Assembly (NCBI GenBank): GCA_013265495.1
Contig: MU057809.1
Span: 1,169,062 to 1,233,061, forward strand
Length of the DNA stretch: 64,000 nucleotides
DNA from: Vicugna vicugna
Taxonomy: Eukaryota
Reading direction: 5' to 3'
The position numbers were made by a program, and so were the translations under genes. The notes beneath the pieces were generated by a model. It was not told the DNA's origin. It ran no database searches and worked only from the letters and a program-made list of their open reading frames with translations. The stretch's first letter is position 1. Each line of letters opens with the position of its first letter. Positions 18,601 to 30,600 of this stretch are shown here, piece after piece.

Positions 18601-21600
18601 CATTCTTCTTCCTGATTTCAAATGTAGTAAAACTCAGCACAGAAAGTACGGAAAATGCGGTTAAGCCGAAGGAAGAAAATCAACATCCCCACAATGGCTG
18701 CACGGAGGGGAAGTCATCCCGACAGCCGTTTGGCGGGTGTCCTCCTAAGGCCCCTTCATGCATCTCCACGCATTTGCTCCACACACAGCCATTGAGCCCC
18801 ACTGTGGGCCAGACACCCACCAGTGTCTGGGCTCTGGGGACACAGGGCCAACTCATGGGGCTTATGTCCTGTGGGGAGCAATTAAGGAAATATCAAATGT
18901 GTAAGAGATTTGAAGGAAATATACAGGGTGATGTGGTCTCCCCTGCAGAGAGTGAGGTCGGGCAGGCGCTCCCACAGGAGGACCAAGCTGAGACTGGCAT
19001 GGGTGTTGCCTCATGAAGACACACACATTCATATTTTTATTATAAAAGTGGATTGTTCTGCACAGACATCCCTCTGACCCAATTTTTATCTCATTTAATA
19101 GTGAGTGTCTTTTCAACATTGGTAAATAGCTCTACCCCATCCCTTTTACTGGCTGTGTAGTATTCCACATCAGAATCCAGTGTTTTTTCTGTCACTGGCC
19201 CCAGTGCTACAGCAGTGCATCCATCCTGAGCCTCCTGGGGTGGGGCGGGGTTATTGCACCCTCCAGACCTCGGTCCCCTCCCCTTGGGCCCGGGGTTGGG
19301 GGACGGCAAGCAAGGGAAAGACCACCTCCCCGTCAGCCTGGCCTCTCCTCACGCAGACCCAGAACCGAGGCGTGAGGATGAAGGAGGGCGCCCACATCAA
19401 CCGCTCCCTGCTGGCACTGGGCAACTGCATCAACGCTCTCAGCGAGAAGGGTGGCAGCCGGGCGCAGTACGTGAACTTCCGGGACAGCAAACTCACACGC
19501 CTGCTAAAGGTATGAGCCCCAGGCCCGAGCGGGGCACGGCTGCCTCTGACCGCAACTTTCAGGATTTACTGGATCTGAGGGCCCTTCCAGGAACCCCCGA
19601 AGGCAGGAAAATCGCTGTTTTCTCTGTAGAAACCATATCTAGTCTCTGTTTGACTCCTCCATCCACCCAAGTGTGGTCCCACCCACGCTTGCGTACTCCC
19701 AGGGACAGGGCACTGACTCCTTTGCCGGGCCACCTGTCCCATCCTGACAGTTTGACCAAGACAATTTCTCTTCATTCTGAGCTGAGTGCTGTCAGCTCTG
19801 TTCCACAGCGAGGCGGGGTGCAAGCAGACAAAGGGGCCAAGCAGCAAATCCATGTCTGCACGTCTGACCTCGGTCCAATCTGCCCGTGTCAGAGCACCAG
19901 TCAGACGGGCGGCCCTGCAGTGGTGCCACCTCGTCCGAGCGTCACCCCAACCGCTGGCCCCTTGGTCCCCAGCTGCCTTCTCAGGGTCTGGAGTAGGAGC
20001 CTCAGACAGGAGGGTCCGAAGAGCTGGGGACGGGTGGGGGAGGGGCGGCGCCGCCGGGCAGGTGGGGGTCTGAATCCCACCCCCGACTGTCGCTGTCCTC
20101 GGAGCAGGACGCCCTGGGCGGGAACAGCCGGACGGTGATGATCGCCCACGTCAGCCCGGCCAGCACGCACTTCGAGGAGTCGCGGTCCACCCTGCTGTAC
20201 GCCTACCGCGCAAAGAACATCAAGACGAGGGTGAGGCCCTCCCTCCCTCTTGCTCACCCAACGGCTCTGAATCCCACGGCTCTGCCGGCAGAGGCTGGAG
20301 GGGAGGGCCCTTCCAGCTCCCGTGGCTTCTGGCACCCCGCCTGTGTCCGCGTCCCTCCAGATTCTGCTACTTTCGGAGCCTCCTCCCCCGCTTTGTGTCT
20401 CCCCTTCTCCTCCCGTGTTGATTGTAGGGCCCTCTTGCTCCGGCATGATCTCATCTCAAGATCCCTAATTACATCTGCAAAGACCCCTTCCCCCCAAATG
20501 AGGCCATTCGCGGGGCTCAGGCTGCTTAGGTGGGGACTTACCCGTGGGCCCTGGCTCCCGGTGGGAGTTAATGCAGCTCTCAGTGACCCTCTCCCTAGGA
20601 AGCAGGTCCTATCAGCCCATTTTACAGACTAAGCCACTGAAGCAGAGAGGCAAAGCAACTTCTCCAGCCTCCCACGGCTGGAGCAGAGCTGGTGTGGGAC
20701 CCAGAGAGCCTGGCTCTGGAGTCCATGCCTTCGACCTCTGTGACATGAGATGAGCTCCCCTGGTGCCCGGCTCTGAGCTAGGCGCCTTGATGAAAATTAA
20801 AAAAAAAAGATAGATGGAGCTTCTGCTCCCACGGGAACCCTGAGCATAGCAGCGGGGGTGGCAGACTCACATGAACTCACACAGACGCAGGCATCGTTTC
20901 CAGTTGCGGCAAGTGCTCTCAATGAGACCCCCAGGCCACTGCAAGGAAGAGGAGCAGAGGAGGCCGAATCGAGAGGGGTCTTCCGCTGAGGGGGACCCGG
21001 CAAGGGAGCGGGGCCCCAGGGATAAAGACTGTCCGTGCAGACACGGGGCCACCCAGCACATCCAGTAAAACTCACAGAGTGCGTGTGCCCTGCAGCAGGT
21101 CCCCTCTGAGTCTCCCAGAGAAACACGGACCCACGTGCTCAGGGAAGTCGTGTCACAGGAAAGCCCCAAAGTGCCCACGGAGGGGACGGGACAAGCCCTC
21201 GGTGTGTCCCTCCCAAGGCCCGCTCTGCAGCTGTGACAGAGAACAGGGTAGACAGAGAACGTGCGGACAGACGGCCTCTAAGACACATCGCTGGAAGAGA
21301 AAAATGGTCAAAATCATAGCAGCTCCACTAATATAATTTACATCAAAGTCTGGTGCCAAACCTACATCCAGAGACTCCCCAGAGGTCTCTCTCTGGGTAC
21401 GTTTGTATGTACGTTCAAAATGACACAGAAAGCAATCCAGGAGGATGCACGCCAACGTGGTAGCAGTGGTTCCCCAGGGGGCGGGTTTTCAAAAACTTCT
21501 GGGTTGTTTGAAAATTTCTGGCAAAATATACATAACAAAATCCACCGCTTTAACCATTTTAAATGTGACAGTTCAGTGGCATTGAGCATATCGCCTTGTG

Positions 21601-24600
21601 CAACCATCACCACAGTCCTTCTCCAGAATTCTCCATCTTCCCAGCCTGACACCCTGTCCCCCTCCGCCAGCCCCTGGCCCCCACCCTCTGCTGTCTGTCT
21701 CTGGGACCCTGGCTCTCCGGGGACCTCGTAGAAGTGGAATCACAGAGCCTGTCCTTCTGTGTCTGGTTTATTTCTCTGAGCACCGTGTCCTCGAGGTCCC
21801 GCCACGCTGTAACAGGTGTCAGAGTCTCTTTCCTTTTTACGGCCGAGTGGTGCTGATGTGAATTTTTGTGACAAAATGTGCTTGCGTGTTTCTGGCGTAA
21901 ACCCTTCACGGGAAAGGGGTCCTCCGCGGGGCAGCCGCCTGGCCCTGACCTTGGCCGCGTCCTGCCCCCAGGTCAAGCGCAACCTGCTGAAGGTGTCCTA
22001 CCACATCGCGCAGTACACGGACATCATCTCCGACCTGCGCAGGGAGATCGAGCGCCTCCAGTGTAAGGTCGAGAAGCAGGAGGAACAGGAGCAAAGTGAG
22101 CCTGGTGTCCAGGACGCTCCAGGTACGGCCGAGCACATGCCTGGCGCCTCCTGCCCCGCCTGGCGCGGGGTCCGCGCCGAGCGTCCCGCCCGGGGCCCCG
22201 GCACCGTCCCCGCTCCCAGCCCCGTCAGGCCTCCCGGGGTGACCGGGCCAGCGCCCGCCTTGGCTCTGACTGTGAGCCAGCTATCTTCCCCCACCTCACC
22301 TGATCCCTTCCTCCTGTATCTCTTTGCTGCTTTTCTTCTTTCCCATCTACTTTTTTTTTTCTTCCCAAGTCAGATTTTTATTTTTTTAAGTAACTTTTCA
22401 GGGGGAAGGGTACAGCTCAGTGGTAGAGCACGTGCGTAGCATGCATGGGGCCCTACGTTTGACCCCCAGCACCTCCATTAAAATAAATATACAACCTAAG
22501 TGCCCCTCCCCCAAATAACCTTTCCATTTTGGAATAATTTTAAACCTACAGAAAAGCTGCAGATGGTCTAGAGCGCCCAGCTCCCCCAACGTCGGCATCT
22601 AGTGCCTTTAAAAAAGTTCACTGCAGCAAAGCTCACAGAACATGAAGTTCACCACCTTAGAGTGAACGGTTCCCCAGCAGATCCACTGTGCTGGGCAGCC
22701 CCGGCCTCTGTCTCCTTCCAGAACGCCTCCACCCCACCGAGTGGAACCCACACCCACTGGGTGGCTTCCCTCATTCCTCCCGTCTCCCCAGATCAGTGGG
22801 CTGTCGGCCTCCTTTTGTGGGACAGCACACCACAACTTTACCCTAAAATGATCAAAGTAATCAATAAGTTAAAAAGGTGCTCCTAAAAAATACCTGTGAC
22901 AGGCGGGGAGGGGTAAATTGGGAGCTTTCGGGATTTGCAGCTACAAACTGTTATACGTAAGGTACATAAACAATAAGGTCCTACTGTGCAGCACAGGGAA
23001 CTACATTCAAGATCTTGTAGTAACTCAATATGTGTGTGTGTGTGTTTATAACTGAATCACCATGCTACACTCCAGAGACTTACACAACACTGTAGACCAA
23101 CTATACTTCAATTAAAAAAAAAACCTGTTGGGGGAGGGTGTTGCTCAAGTGGTAGAGTGTGTGCTTAGCAGGCACGAGGTCTGGGGTTCAATCCCCAGTC
23201 CCTCCATTAAAAATAAATAAACCTAATTATCTCCCTCCCCTGCCAAAAAAAAACAACCTGTAACAAAGTCTGGCTAAGTGCACACACGTGCACACACACA
23301 CACGCACATGTGCTTTTGGCTATTAAGACAAGCTTTGCCGTGGTAAATAAAGGACTTTAGAAAATCAATAAGAAAGAGCAAACAGCCCAATTTAAAAAAT
23401 ACGAGGAAATGAGGAAATGAATAGGCAGTTCAGAGGGTTTCCAGTGGCCATAAACACAGGGAAAGACTCTCAGTCCACGAGGAAATAGAGATGCAAGTTG
23501 AGCCAGTTTTCACTTACTGGACTGGCTGACGCTGAGATGCCGGGCACTATTAAGCGGCTCACGTACAACAAGGTGTGGGAACGGCAGCCCCAAACACAGC
23601 TACTGGGAGCCTAACTTAACGCGTCTCCTTGGAGGCTGATCTGCAGCGTCTGCTCACACTTGACCTGCACCGTGTTCTGTGCCCCAGCAACTTCCCCCAC
23701 AACCACCATGCGGCGCACGTGCTCTCGTGCCCAAGGGTGCTGTGCGACGAGACAGCGCCCATCAAGGAGGGTGGGACAAGCTAGTGGTGGTCCCTCCTGT
23801 GGACCGCCCTGCAGGTGTTACAGAGACGGGGAAGACCCACCTGCGCAGACAGACGGCCTCCAAGACAGGCTGCTGGGCGGGAAAGCAAGTTAAAGAGTGC
23901 TGCCCACAGCCTGATACAACTCTCCCACCCAAACTCCAGACATCTCCTTAGACGCACATGCATGCACAACACCGCACAGAAAAAGCTCGGGGGGGGGGAC
24001 ACACCAAAATGCCAGCGGTGGTCTCCTGGGGGTGGGGGACTGGGATGGGCGAGCAGGCGATCAGAGAGACGTCAAGGGGTCTTTAAGTCTTGCGGTGTTA
24101 CTCGAATATTTATCACAAAAGCTTGTTCCCGTGTTCCCTGTGTAAATACATCATATTTAGAGACGTTCCTGATTATAAGGGTGATGGACATTTATCCCTC
24201 AAAGCCCGGAGCTGACAGCAAAGTGTAAGAAGAAGAAAAGATAAGCCGCCCACGACCCCACAACTTGAAGATGCCGCAGTTAGCATTTAGCCATTTCCTT
24301 CTGGGCCCCTGGACAAACCAGCCATGCACGCACAGCAAAATCAGAGTCAGGGTCGTGCTCTTTTGCACATTTCTTGGGTGCCTACTGTGTAGCAGGTGCA
24401 GATCAGCATTGGGGGTGCAGGGGGAGTGAGGTCTGGGGGGCCTTGCCCGCAAGAAGGTACGTTCTCAAAGGAGGAGGATACAGTGGGCAGGGGACAGAGG
24501 GCGGGAGGAGGGGAGGGCGCTGCGTACGCTGAGTGGGTGGAAAGGCCTCGCCGGGGAGGCCGCACTTCAGGGAGGGAGGGCAGAGCCGTGCCCAGATCCG

Positions 24601-27600
24601 GGTCAGAGGAGCTGCCTGTGCAGAGGCCCTGGGGTGGGGGTGGGTTTGATGAGTTCCGGGGCAGATGGCAGCCGACGTGGCTGGCACACGTGGTGGGAGA
24701 CGAGGCTGGAAAGACGTGGAAAGGGGCCTGGGTTTACCCTGAGCGTAACGGGAGGCCGAGGAGGGAGTGAGCCGGACAGTGGCGTGCGGGGGCCCCCCGG
24801 GATGTGCAGCTGTGAAGCAGGTGGGAGCCACTCAGCAGAGCTGGGCTTTTCCTAAGGCCGTTGTGGGGCAGGTGGAGGGTTCTCCACGGCTGGGGTTTTG
24901 CCTGCAGACCAGGACGGGAGTTGAGGGAGGAGGCTGGGTGACGGCCGAGGTCAGCTGTGAACGAGGGAGAAGAAAACGCCCCTGCTTCTGATACGGGGAA
25001 CTTCCAGTCCGCACGGAAGGAGACAGAACAGTCCAGCGACGCTCGTGAGCCCCACGCCCCCGCCTGTGTCCTTCCCCGTCCGTCCGCGCACTTCCCTCAT
25101 CCTACCATCCTGAAGCAAACCCCAGACATCGTAGCATTTTACTCATAAACGGGTCAGCCTATAACCCCTAAAAAATCAAGGCTCTTTACAAAAACGTAAC
25201 TACAGTGTCACTTCCACACCTTAAAGAACGTTAACGGTAACTTGGGCACATCATCCGAGAGCCGGCAGTCTGAGCGATGCCACAAATCTCTCTTGTTGTT
25301 GAACTAAGCTCCTAAGAGAGTCCACATCCTGAGTCTGGCTGATAAATCTTAATCTTTTATGTCTCTTTTGCTCTGTGGGCTTCCCCGCCCCCCTTCGAAT
25401 TCTTCTGGAGGAAACTGGGCCGTGGGTCCTGCGGCGTTTCTTCCCGTCTGCTTGTGCGTTTGCAGGTTCCTCTGGGCTCTGTATTTCTACGTGTTTCCAT
25501 CTAAAGGCTGGAAAGAGGAAGATTTGAAAATTAAAAAAAGAACATAACAGAATTGAGAGCATGTGGTTCTTAGGGTGAGGGCAACACCCCGGGCACGGCG
25601 GAGTCGGTGGACTGGACACTTCTGGGGCCGGAGGGGCTGACAGAGCGGGAGGCGGGTGGGGGGCCTGCAGCCGTGCGGACGGCCGGCCCAGGGCTGGGCT
25701 GGGGGGCGCTGGTCAGGGGAGGGAGGGCAGCAGGTCCAGAGGACAGGAGGTCAAGGAACGAAGGCCCTTGGGTGGTGGCTGGATTGTCTGAGGATTTTGG
25801 AGTCACCAGGAGTGATGAGAGAGAAGTGGGAGGAGACACTCAGAAGGCTGGTGTGGAGACCGTCCATGCAGAAGGGGGAGCGGGCTGCGCCCGAGGGGGT
25901 GCTGGCGGTGGGCCGCGGGCACTGCCTTCAGGGGCGCCGGCGGTGGGCTGAGGGCTGCACCCGAGGGTGCGACGGCAGTGGGCTGCGAGCACTGCCTTCA
26001 GGGGCGCTGGCGGTGGGCACTGGGCCGCGGGCACTGCCTTCTGAGAACAACACTGGGGAGAACACACGCCCCGAGGGGCCGGGAGGAGCCTCAGCCTCAG
26101 CGGTCAGAGGGGACAGGAGAGAGGACAGCCGCCCCGGGGAGGACCGTCCTGAGAGCCTGAGATGCCACACCGTCATTCGTTTCCAGCCTTACTGAGACGT
26201 GACTGACAGCTTTTGTGACATCTGGGATTTTCTATGCGTAAAATCGCGTCGCTGGCAAACAGACAGGTTTGCTTCTTCCGCTCTGATCTGGGGCCTCTTC
26301 TCTTCCCTCCCGGCTGCTCTGCGGGGGCTGCCAGTACGTGTTCGATGTGGGGGTGAGGGTGGGCGCCCCGGGCGTGCTCCTGACCTGAGAGGAAAAGACG
26401 TCAGCCCGTCACCACTGAGTGTGACGTTAGCCGTGGGCGTGTCACATGTGGCCCTTGTCATGTTGAGGTGCGTTCCTCCCACACCTACTTTGTTGACAGT
26501 TTTCTGTCATGAAAGGACTCTGGGTTTTCTCAAACACTTTCCCTGCATCTGTTGAGTTGATCGTATGATTTTTGTCTTCCATCCTGTCCGCGTGGGGCAT
26601 CACCATCACTGCCCTGCGTACGTGGAACCGTCCTTGCACCCACGTGCCCATGGTGTGTGGTGTTCTGAGCTGCCGCGGGATTCGGGCCGCTAGTGTTCTG
26701 TTGAGACTTCTGTGCATCTGTATCAGTGAGAGATACTGGCCTGTACTTTCTTTTCTTGTAGTGTCCTTGTCTGGTTTTGGTACCAGGGGAATGCTGGCTT
26801 TGTAAAATGACTTTGGGAGTATCCCCTCCTCTTCAACTTTTTGGATGAGTTTGAGGATTGGTGTTAATCGTTCTTTGAATGTTTGGCAGAATTCACCCGT
26901 GCAGACGTCAGGCCCTGGGCTTTTCTTTGTCGAGAGGTTTCCGGCCACTGATTGAATCACTGTGCTCATTGCTGGTCTGCTTAGATCTTCGGTTTCTCCA
27001 TGATGAAGGCTTGATAGGTTGTATGTTTCTAGGAATTTATCCCTTTCTTCTTGACCAGCCGGCTTGCTGGTGTGTAGTTGATCATGGTAACCACGATTCT
27101 CTGTATTTCTGTGGTACCAGTTGTAATGGCTCCTCTTTCATCTGTGATCTTATTTATCTGAGTCTCTCTCTCTCTTTCTCTCTTGGTCAGTCTGGCTAAA
27201 GGCTTGTCTGTTTGGTTTATCTTTCCAAGAAGCCAGCTCGTAGCCTCGTTGCTCCTTCCCGTCGTTTTCGTGCGTCTCTGCTCCGCCCTTGCTCCCCCTC
27301 CTCCAGCTATATTTGGGTTGTTTGTTCTTTTTCTAATTCCTCAAGGTCACTGCTATCGCTTTGATGTGCACCTTCCTGGGCCTTTTCCTGTGCAGCGCTG
27401 TGGACACAACTGCACCCAGAGAGGCGCACGGTTTGCCTGCATGCATGTCCACGGGGGTGGCCGGCGCTGGCTCTACGCATGAATGACGTCGGACTATCGT
27501 AGCTGTTCTTCTTTAACTTGCTTCTCTCGTCCAAGGATGAGCCTTGGAGGCCGTCCAGCAGCACGTGTGGGGCCACCTCATCCCTGTGACAGCTGCAGAG

Positions 27601-30600
27601 TGCCCATAGGATGGCCGTGCTGCGATGGGCACTTCGGGGCTTTCCAGGCACACAGCCTCCTGGCGCACACGGATGCCTCTTTCTTGGTGGTAGATTTGGG
27701 GCTCAGATTTCTGGTGGAGCAAAAGGGTGAAGGAAACTTTCAAAGAAAAGGGGCCGTGGTTGATGACAGATGGCGTCCCCTGGGGCCAGCAGAGGGTCTG
27801 GGGGGCTGGAGGGGGCTGTTGTAGAAAATCTATGAAGCTAGGTGACGACCAGGAAGCTTGGGCTTCTTCGGGGTCAGGGGTCAACAGGGATGCATGCCGT
27901 AACGGCTCTCACCCTGCTGGCCTCTTAGTTATTGGGACTCGTCTTGATGGGCCTAATGGAGAAGCTGGGCAGTGCCACGGAGGGAAGGGGGTCTCATGGT
28001 GAGCCCTGAGGGCATGACAGGCTCCCCCTGGGTCCTGCTGTGGCAAGCCTCGGGCGGCAGCGGGGTGCTGGTGTGCGGGGCTCTGCTGGGATCACTACTG
28101 GGGTACCGTGTACTCCCCCGAAGCTTTGTTTTAATGCCTGCAGTGATTTGGTCATCCGGATGGACCATAATTTATTTCACCAATCCCAGATTGCTTGACG
28201 TTTAGGGAAAAGGGACCCCTTGACCACCGATGTCAAGGCTGGGAACACCGAGACACGTGACCACAGTGGCACGTTCTACCAGGGCAGGCGGGGAAAGCCA
28301 TTGACTAATTACCCGAGAACTGTTAGGAGGAACTCCCCATGGGGACAGAAAGACAAGACTAGTGTTGTTCTGTGGAACTGACATTCCAGCAGGAAAGGCA
28401 GGTACCGAACATTTACCACACAATGTTACCTAGTTATCAATATGCAGAGGACCTGCAAGGAGAAGGTGAGATGTTATCAGAGGAAGGATGGACCCAGACT
28501 GAGAGTCCAGAAGTGTTTCCCTGAGGAAGTGAGGTCTGAGGCGAGATGGCTAGCCCAGCCCCACTCCTCCTTGGATTCCTGAGACTCAAATCCAGGCCAC
28601 CTGACCCCAACCCAGGCAAAGAGAGTCTAGCTCCGTCTAAATTATCCACCCATTTATTCACCCATCCATCCATCATCTACTCATTCATTCATCCAGCCAC
28701 CCACCTACCTATCCATCCATCCATCCACCCAGCCATCTGTCCATCCATTCATTATCCATCCATCCATCCATCATCTACCCATCCATCCATCCACCCACCC
28801 ACCCTCCACCCTTCGTCCACCCAGCCATCCACACTGTATATAAAGCCCCTCCCTGGGCCGGATCCTTTGCTGATGGGCAAGCGTGGAGTCAACCCTGGCC
28901 TGGGTGGCCCTGTTCCCGGTGCAGCTGGCTCTCTTCCTGCCCCCAGCCACGATCCCCCCTCCTGACGCAGAGGAGGATAGCCGCCTGCAGATGAACAAGC
29001 TCCGGGCACAGCTCATCGGAGCCTTCAAGGAGCAGCTGGAGATGAGGCGCAGCCTGCTGGAGCTGGAGAACACCAGCGTCGAGCTGCACATAGACACGTC
29101 CCGCCACCTGCTGACCATCGCAGAGTGAGCCAGCCCGCCCAGCCCGGGGAGGGGAGGCCAGTGGGGCCGGGGGCGGGGAAGCTCCGAGGGGACCTCCTTC
29201 TTTGGCTGTTGTCCAGCCTCCCTCTACTGCCTTCAGGTCCCCAAGGGGGACTTCGGCCAAGGCAGAGTCCAGGGCCAGCCCTGGCGGGTTAGGGTTAATC
29301 CCATTTTGCGGCGAGGATACTGAGGTCAGACGGGATGCAGGTTTGCCCGAGGTTGTGCGCCCACTAGGCTGGAGCTCTCTCCCCGAGTCCACACTCACTC
29401 AAGGGTCATACCCCCTGTGAATAACTGACCATGTGCAGAGGGACTGGCCGTGCAATTTACCGTCCAGACCAGGACGCACTGGGGGGTGAAGGGTGCTGTT
29501 AGCAATCACACTGGGATGACAGGTGTCACCGGGATCCCCTGACAAACGAGGACGCATGGCCACCCTATTCACGGGCCCCAGCACTGTGACTTCCATTTCT
29601 CCTCCTCCTTTCTGCTCATTTTCTTAACTACACACTCGGCGTGGCCCGCACTGCAGGAATTCGGGTAGAAGTATGTGCCACTGCTCCCAGCCCTGCCCCC
29701 TCAGGGGCTCCCCCCCCACCAGTTTCCACACAATCCTCATTGTACTTTGGGTTGGATCTGGCGCCCGATGCGCAGCTTTGGAGGTGTTGCCCTGAGCCGG
29801 GTGACCCCAGGCAGTCCTCCCAGAGCCCCAGGTGTGCTGTTGTCATCGAGTTTCACAGCTGAGGGAACCGGGGCGTGTGTACCTGGCAGGTGGCCGTGGA
29901 CGCCTGGGTGCCCCGGCCCCGTCTGGGGCTGGAGGTGGGGAGGCCTGGCTGCAAGGTCCTGAGCTCGGTCCCTCGGCGACCCCACCGCAAGTGTTTGCTG
30001 CTTCTTTACTTCCTCCCAGTTCGTGTTCACGCCTTCTTGTTTTTCATAAGCAGAGAAGAGATCGGATAGCAGGCCCAGTTCTGCCCCATTTTCATGCCCA
30101 CGCCTGCAAGTAGCCCAGCGGGGGGCCAAGAGGGACTCGGGAAAGGGAGCCGCCGGGACTCCCAGCCCGGGCGGCTCGCCCTCTGACCCTGACCACTCTG
30201 CTGTGGCTGCAGCTGGGAGCGAGAGAGGACCCACCACCTCGTGCGCAGGGCCCGCACACCCGGGAGGGACCAGGAGCCCGTGGAGGCCGAGGCAGACGGG
30301 GGCGAGGGCGAGTCTGCAGAGCCACACGAGGTGGTCCTGGCCAGAGAGGAGGTCAGCATGCTTTTGGCCGAGCAGCGGAGAACGGCGGCCCTCAAGGTAG
30401 GGGAGAGGGACCGGGCATGTCCACGGTCGCAGCAGTGTGGTGACAGCTACTAATACCGATGGCAGCCAGTGCGCTGGCCCTCTGACAGTAGTCACTTGTG
30501 TACAGCCAATCACAACCATTCTATAAATGTGAACGACGGGGCTCAGGGGGATGAGATAAATTGTCCCAAACCCCCAGAGAGCAGGCGGAGCAGAGTTGGG

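Noticed and set aside
23130..23205. tRNA gene
   Set aside because: A/B boxes belong to a SINE head with an A-tail and TSD; no intact cloverleaf, and several diverged copies occur in the window
26442..26969. Functional reverse transcriptase gene
   Set aside because: Short, frameshifted L1 ORF2 relic lacking the catalytic core
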